DNA of 64,000 bases. Source: Eledone cirrhosa (taxonomy: Eukaryota). Below the pieces are notes generated by a model. It ran no database searches, was not told where the DNA came from, and saw nothing but the letters and a program-made list of their open reading frames with translations. Of this stretch, positions 58,598 to 64,000 are shown one piece after another. Positions within the stretch are counted from its first letter, which is position 1. Every line of letters begins with the position of its first letter. Where the stretch lies: NCBI GenBank assembly GCA_964016885.1, contig OZ024748.1:47244001-47308000 (forward strand), written 5' to 3'. Position numbers and translations under genes: made by a program.

Positions 58598-59070
58598 TGT
58601 GTGTATGCCTCGGTGTGTATGTCTGTGTTTATGTGTGTGTCTGCGTCTGTGTCTATGTCTGTGTCTCTTTTTGTGAGTGTGCCTGTGTTTGTGTCTATGT
58701 ATATGTGTATGTCAGTGTTTGTGTCCGTGTGTATGTGCGTCTGTGTTTGTGTCCGTGTGTATGTGTGTCTGTGTTTTTGTCTGTGTGTATGTGTGTCTGT
58801 GTTTTTGTCCGTGTGTATGTGTGTCTGTGTTTGTATCCGTGTGTATGTGTGTATGTGTTTGTGTGTGTGTATGTGTTTGTGTCCGTGTGTATGTATGTCT
58901 GTGTTTGTGTCCGTGTGTATATGTGTATGTGTGTCTGTGTTTGTGTCCGTGTGTATGTATGTCTGTGTTTGTGTCCGTGTGTATGTGTGTATGTGTGTCT
59001 GTGTTTGAGTCTTCATGTCAGAATGCAAAGAATTATATGTTTGTTTGATTTAGGAATATGTAGTTAAGCC

Positions 59071-60591
59071 TTCTTTTCTCTGTCTCATATAACTAGCTGG
59101 GGTCTCTCTTCTCTGTCTCATATAACTAGCTGGGGTCTCTCTTCTCTGCCTCATATAACTAGCTCTGGTCTCTCTTCTCTGTCCCATATAACTAGCTCTG
59201 GTCTCTCTTCTCTCTCCCATATAACTAGCTCTGGTCTCTCTTCTCTCTCCCATATAACTAGCTCTGGTCTCTCTTCTCTCTCCCATATAACTAGCTCTGG
59301 TCTCTCTTCTCTGTCCCATATAACTAGCTCTGGTCTCTCTCCTCTGTCTCATATATCTAGCTGGGGTCTCTTTTCTCTCTCCCATATAACTAGCTCTGGT
59401 CTCTCTTCTCTCTCTCATATAACTAGCTCTGGTCTCTCTTCTCTCTCCCATATATCTAGCTCTGGTCTCTCTTCTCTCTCCCATATAACTAGCTCTGGTC
59501 TCTCTTCTCTCTTCCATATAACTAGCTGGGGTCTCTCTTCTCTCTCCCATATAACTAGCTCTGGTCTCTCTTCTCTCTTCCATATAACTAGCTGGGGTCT
59601 CTCTTCTCTGTCTCATATAACTAGCTCTGGTCTCTCTTCTCTCTTCCATATAACTAGCTGGGGTCTCTCTTCTCTGTCTCATATAACTAGCTCTGGTCTC
59701 TCTTCTCTCTTCCATATAACTAGCTGGGGTCTCTCTTCTCTGTCCCATATAACTAGCTCTGGTCTCTCTTCTCTGTCTCATATAACTAGCTCTGGCCTCT
59801 TTTCTCTCTCCCATATAACTAGTTCTGATCTCTCTTCTCTCTCCCATATAACTAGCTCTGGTCTCTCTTCTCTCTCCCATATAACTAGCTCTGGTCTCTC
59901 TTCTCTCTTCCATATAACTAGCTCTGGTCTCTCTTCTCTCTTCCATATAACTAGCTGGGGTCTCTCTCCTCTGTCTCATATAACTAGCTCTGATCTCTCT
60001 TATCTGTCCCATATAACTAGCTCTGGTCTCTCTTCTCTGTCTCATATAACTAGCTCTGGTCTCTCTTCTCTCTTCCATATAACTATCTGGGGTCTCTCTT
60101 CTCTGTCTCATATAACTAGCTGGGGTCTCTCTCCTCTGCCTCATATAACTAGCTCTGGTCTCTCTTCTCTGTCCCATATAACTAGCTCTGGTCTCTCTTC
60201 TCTCTCCCATATAACTAGCTGGGGTCTCTTTTCTCTCTCCCATATAACTAGCTCTGATCTCTCTTCTCTCTCCCATATAACTAGCTCTGGTCTCTCTTTT
60301 CTCTCCCATATAACTAGCTGGGGTCTCTTTTCTGTGTCCCATATAACTAGCTCTGGTCTCTCTCCTCTGTCTCATATAACTAGCTGGGGTCTCTTTTCTA
60401 TCTCCCATATAACTAGCTCTGGTCTCTCTTCTCTGCCTCATATAACTAGCTCTGGTCTCTCTCCTCTGCCTCATATAACTAGCTCTGGTCTCTCTTCTCT
60501 GCCTCATATAACTAGCTCTGGTCTCTCTTCTCTCTCCCATATAACTAGCTCTGGTCTCTCTTCTCTCTCCCATATAACTAGCTCTAGTCTC
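59071..60591. repeat. 33-bp minisatellite, about 46 copies
   Basis: Unit catataactagctctggtctctcttctctctcc with recurrent variants. Produces the (MGERRETRASY)n ORF. Confidence 0.95.
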
Positions 60592-60883
60592 TTATGTGTG
60601 CATGTTATTGCAGGTTTGATTGGGAACATTGCACCAGTTCACCCTCCTATTATATATACATATTCGCTCAACGTCATTGCAAAACCTTATATTTTTATTC
60701 TCAGAACTATCCTTTTTACGAATTTATTGTACAATGTTTCGGCCACACAAACACACACAACAAATACACACACACACACACAAACGCACATTTTAATAAA
60801 TATATATACACACTCATATATAGGTATTCTATATATAAACATATATATATATATATAAGCACACACACACACACACACACACA

Positions 60884-60940
<57 letters not shown>

Positions 60941-61170
60941 GAGATGATGTTGACTGAAGTATCATTAAGGGAATTTGAAATTTCAAACGTTCTCGTACTT
61001 AAAGAATAAATCAATAATTGATCGATATAATCAGGTAAATAACCTGAGAGACGGTAAAAAAAGTGGACAGAATTTGTTCCGTCTCCTGGGGTACATTACC
61101 AAAATGTTTCATTTATTTATACATAATACACAGGAACTATTATTATTGTCCCTTAGTTTGACACGCTGCG

Positions 61171-61251
<81 letters not shown>

Positions 61252-61380
61252 TGATCGAGTATCGAAAAATCGGCGCACGAGTTCACGATAAACAAAATTC
61301 GAAATGAGCGGCAGAGGGCTCAATAATTCAGATGAATCAGAGCTATAACTATCGTTAAAATACCGTCTATATATATGTAT

Positions 61381-61578
61381 ATAACGAAGGAAATGTGGTA
61401 AGGAACCAGGTGGACCATAACGCACCAAAGTACTCAATACTTGGGGTAGTAGAGTGGGTAATAGGAACCAGTAAGACCCCGACGGCTGAGCTCAAGCCGT
61501 TTCGACGGCTAATTCTGGACGTCCAGAATTAGCCGTCGAAACGGCTTGAGCTCAGCCGTCGGGGTCTTACTGGTTCCT
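61381..61578 (-). mobile_element. Major-family foldback fragment in (TA)n
   Basis: Junction gacggctaattctggacgtccagaattagccgtc. Older diverged relatives at 6225-6328 and 36740-36899. Confidence 0.82.
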
Positions 61579-61586
61579 ATATATAT

Positions 61587-61643
<57 letters not shown>

Positions 61644-61669
61644 TATATATATAAATATATATATATATA

Positions 61670-61718
<49 letters not shown>

Positions 61719-61748
61719 ATGTATGTAAATGTGAATGTATATATATAC

Positions 61749-61799
<51 letters not shown>

Positions 61800-61982
61800 T
61801 ATGTCAAATTCTTTCACATGTGTGTAGTAGTGGCGCCCACACACATTATTAAGTATTTGAAAAGATGATGGATTTCGCAACTAACTGCACCAGGGTTCCT
61901 GTTCCTCAGGGAACCACACTATATGGTATACCTGTTGATATAGGTCCGGCTCCTGCTTTCCCGGGTCTAGTTGCTGATGATA

Positions 61983-62106
61983 ATGATCTCTAGGGATACG
62001 GGAATCAGTAGACAGGACCTGGGGGCAGCGATGGGGGACAGGGAATTCTGGGGCATGAGAGTGAGATCCATCATCTCGACAGTAGTCGAAGAATGATGAT
62101 GATGAT
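61983..62106 (+). mobile_element. RTE-like LINE extreme 3' end with a (GAT)n tail
   Basis: Translates as [35 protein letters not shown], followed by gatgatgat. Confidence 0.6.
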
Positions 62107-62227
62107 ATATATGTATATATATACATATATATATGTATTTTTAAATATATATATGTAAATAAAACCCTTTTTGTACTGTTGACATGTTATTCTTCACTCT
62201 TCCAATATTATATATATATATGTATAT

Positions 62228-62290
<63 letters not shown>

Positions 62291-62298
62291 ATATATCA

Positions 62299-62405
<107 letters not shown>

Positions 62406-62457
62406 CATATATATATGTATACATATATACATATATATATATATATACATACACATT

Positions 62458-62518
<61 letters not shown>

Positions 62519-62581
62519 AATAGTTAATATTAACAATTGTTTCATTGATTATGGTGCCTAAAGATTGCTAATCATAATTGT

Positions 62582-62694
62582 CAGTTATTCTGATGATTTG
62601 ATTAGGCATACATCGTATTTAAGATGGAGTGACACAACTTCAAGTGATTAGCAATCATTAGACACCCTAATCAATGAAACAATTGTTAATACTG
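62582..62694 (+). ncRNA. Type I hammerhead with a ~78 nt stem II domain
   Basis: cagttatt CTGATGA tttgattagg..cctaatcaat GAAA caattG TT aatactg. An inverted partial copy lies at 62524-62572, and the downstream tail is repeated at 62154-62208. Confidence 0.75.
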
Positions 62695-63122
62695 TAAATA
62701 AAAACCTTTTTGTACTGTTGACCATATTATCCTTCACTCTTTCACAATTATTACTCCAAGATTAACCTGCATAGGAATTCCCGGGAACTCCCCACCTAAC
62801 TAAGGAAACCTCTTGTTGAGTCAAACAACGCAGTACGTTGAAACTATTCACAATACAGAGTACTCACAACTTGTAACTGGATTACCTATAACAATAATTT
62901 GTTATCCCCCCCCCCCCCACACAAACACACATACACATATATATATATAAGTATATGAATGTACGTATTGTATATTTAATAATAAACTTATGTTTATTTG
63001 AAAACGTAAGACACAAAAATAGCATTAGCGTAAACAAAGTGAAATAACCGACGATCGTTTCATATTAAGTGTTTATAGTTATCAAGGCTATATATACCTA
63101 GCTCTGTGTGTGTGTGTGTATA

Positions 63123-63908
<786 letters not shown>

Positions 63909-64000
63909 GATATTAAATAAATGGAAACTATATTTATAAAACCATATTTATTTCATTATATATATTTCAGGGATATCATATTAACAATATGCTATGCCTT

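Noticed and set aside
59071-60591. CRISPR-like array
   Set aside because: The units are contiguous, with no unique spacers and no cas genes, in a eukaryotic context.

Overview
This is AT-rich eukaryotic DNA saturated with microsatellites ((TA)n, (CA)n, (GA)n, (GATA)n). Its repeat content resembles an octopus/cephalopod intronic or intergenic region (inference), and I found no host gene. Most ORF-track entries are translations of simple repeats. All real coding sequence is retrotransposon: (1) a near-intact ~5.7 kb Tx1/L1-clade LINE on the minus strand (37608-43311) inside a (GATA)n array; (2) a decayed Penelope-like element (RT thumb plus GIY-YIG endonuclease, 16155-17433); (3) several RTE-like 3' remnants, one with a twin-priming inversion. 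tRNA-derived SINEs and mariner-like MITEs are also present. The main signal is non-coding. Many short islands between (TA)n tracts are head-to-head foldback fragments from roughly ten different Penelope-like terminal-repeat families. Read by eye, they carry about 20 type I hammerhead ribozyme motifs with intact cores and about 10 degenerate or partial ones. In the commonest family, six independent copies all fold back inside ribozyme stem II. All coordinates and folds were read by eye and are approximate.
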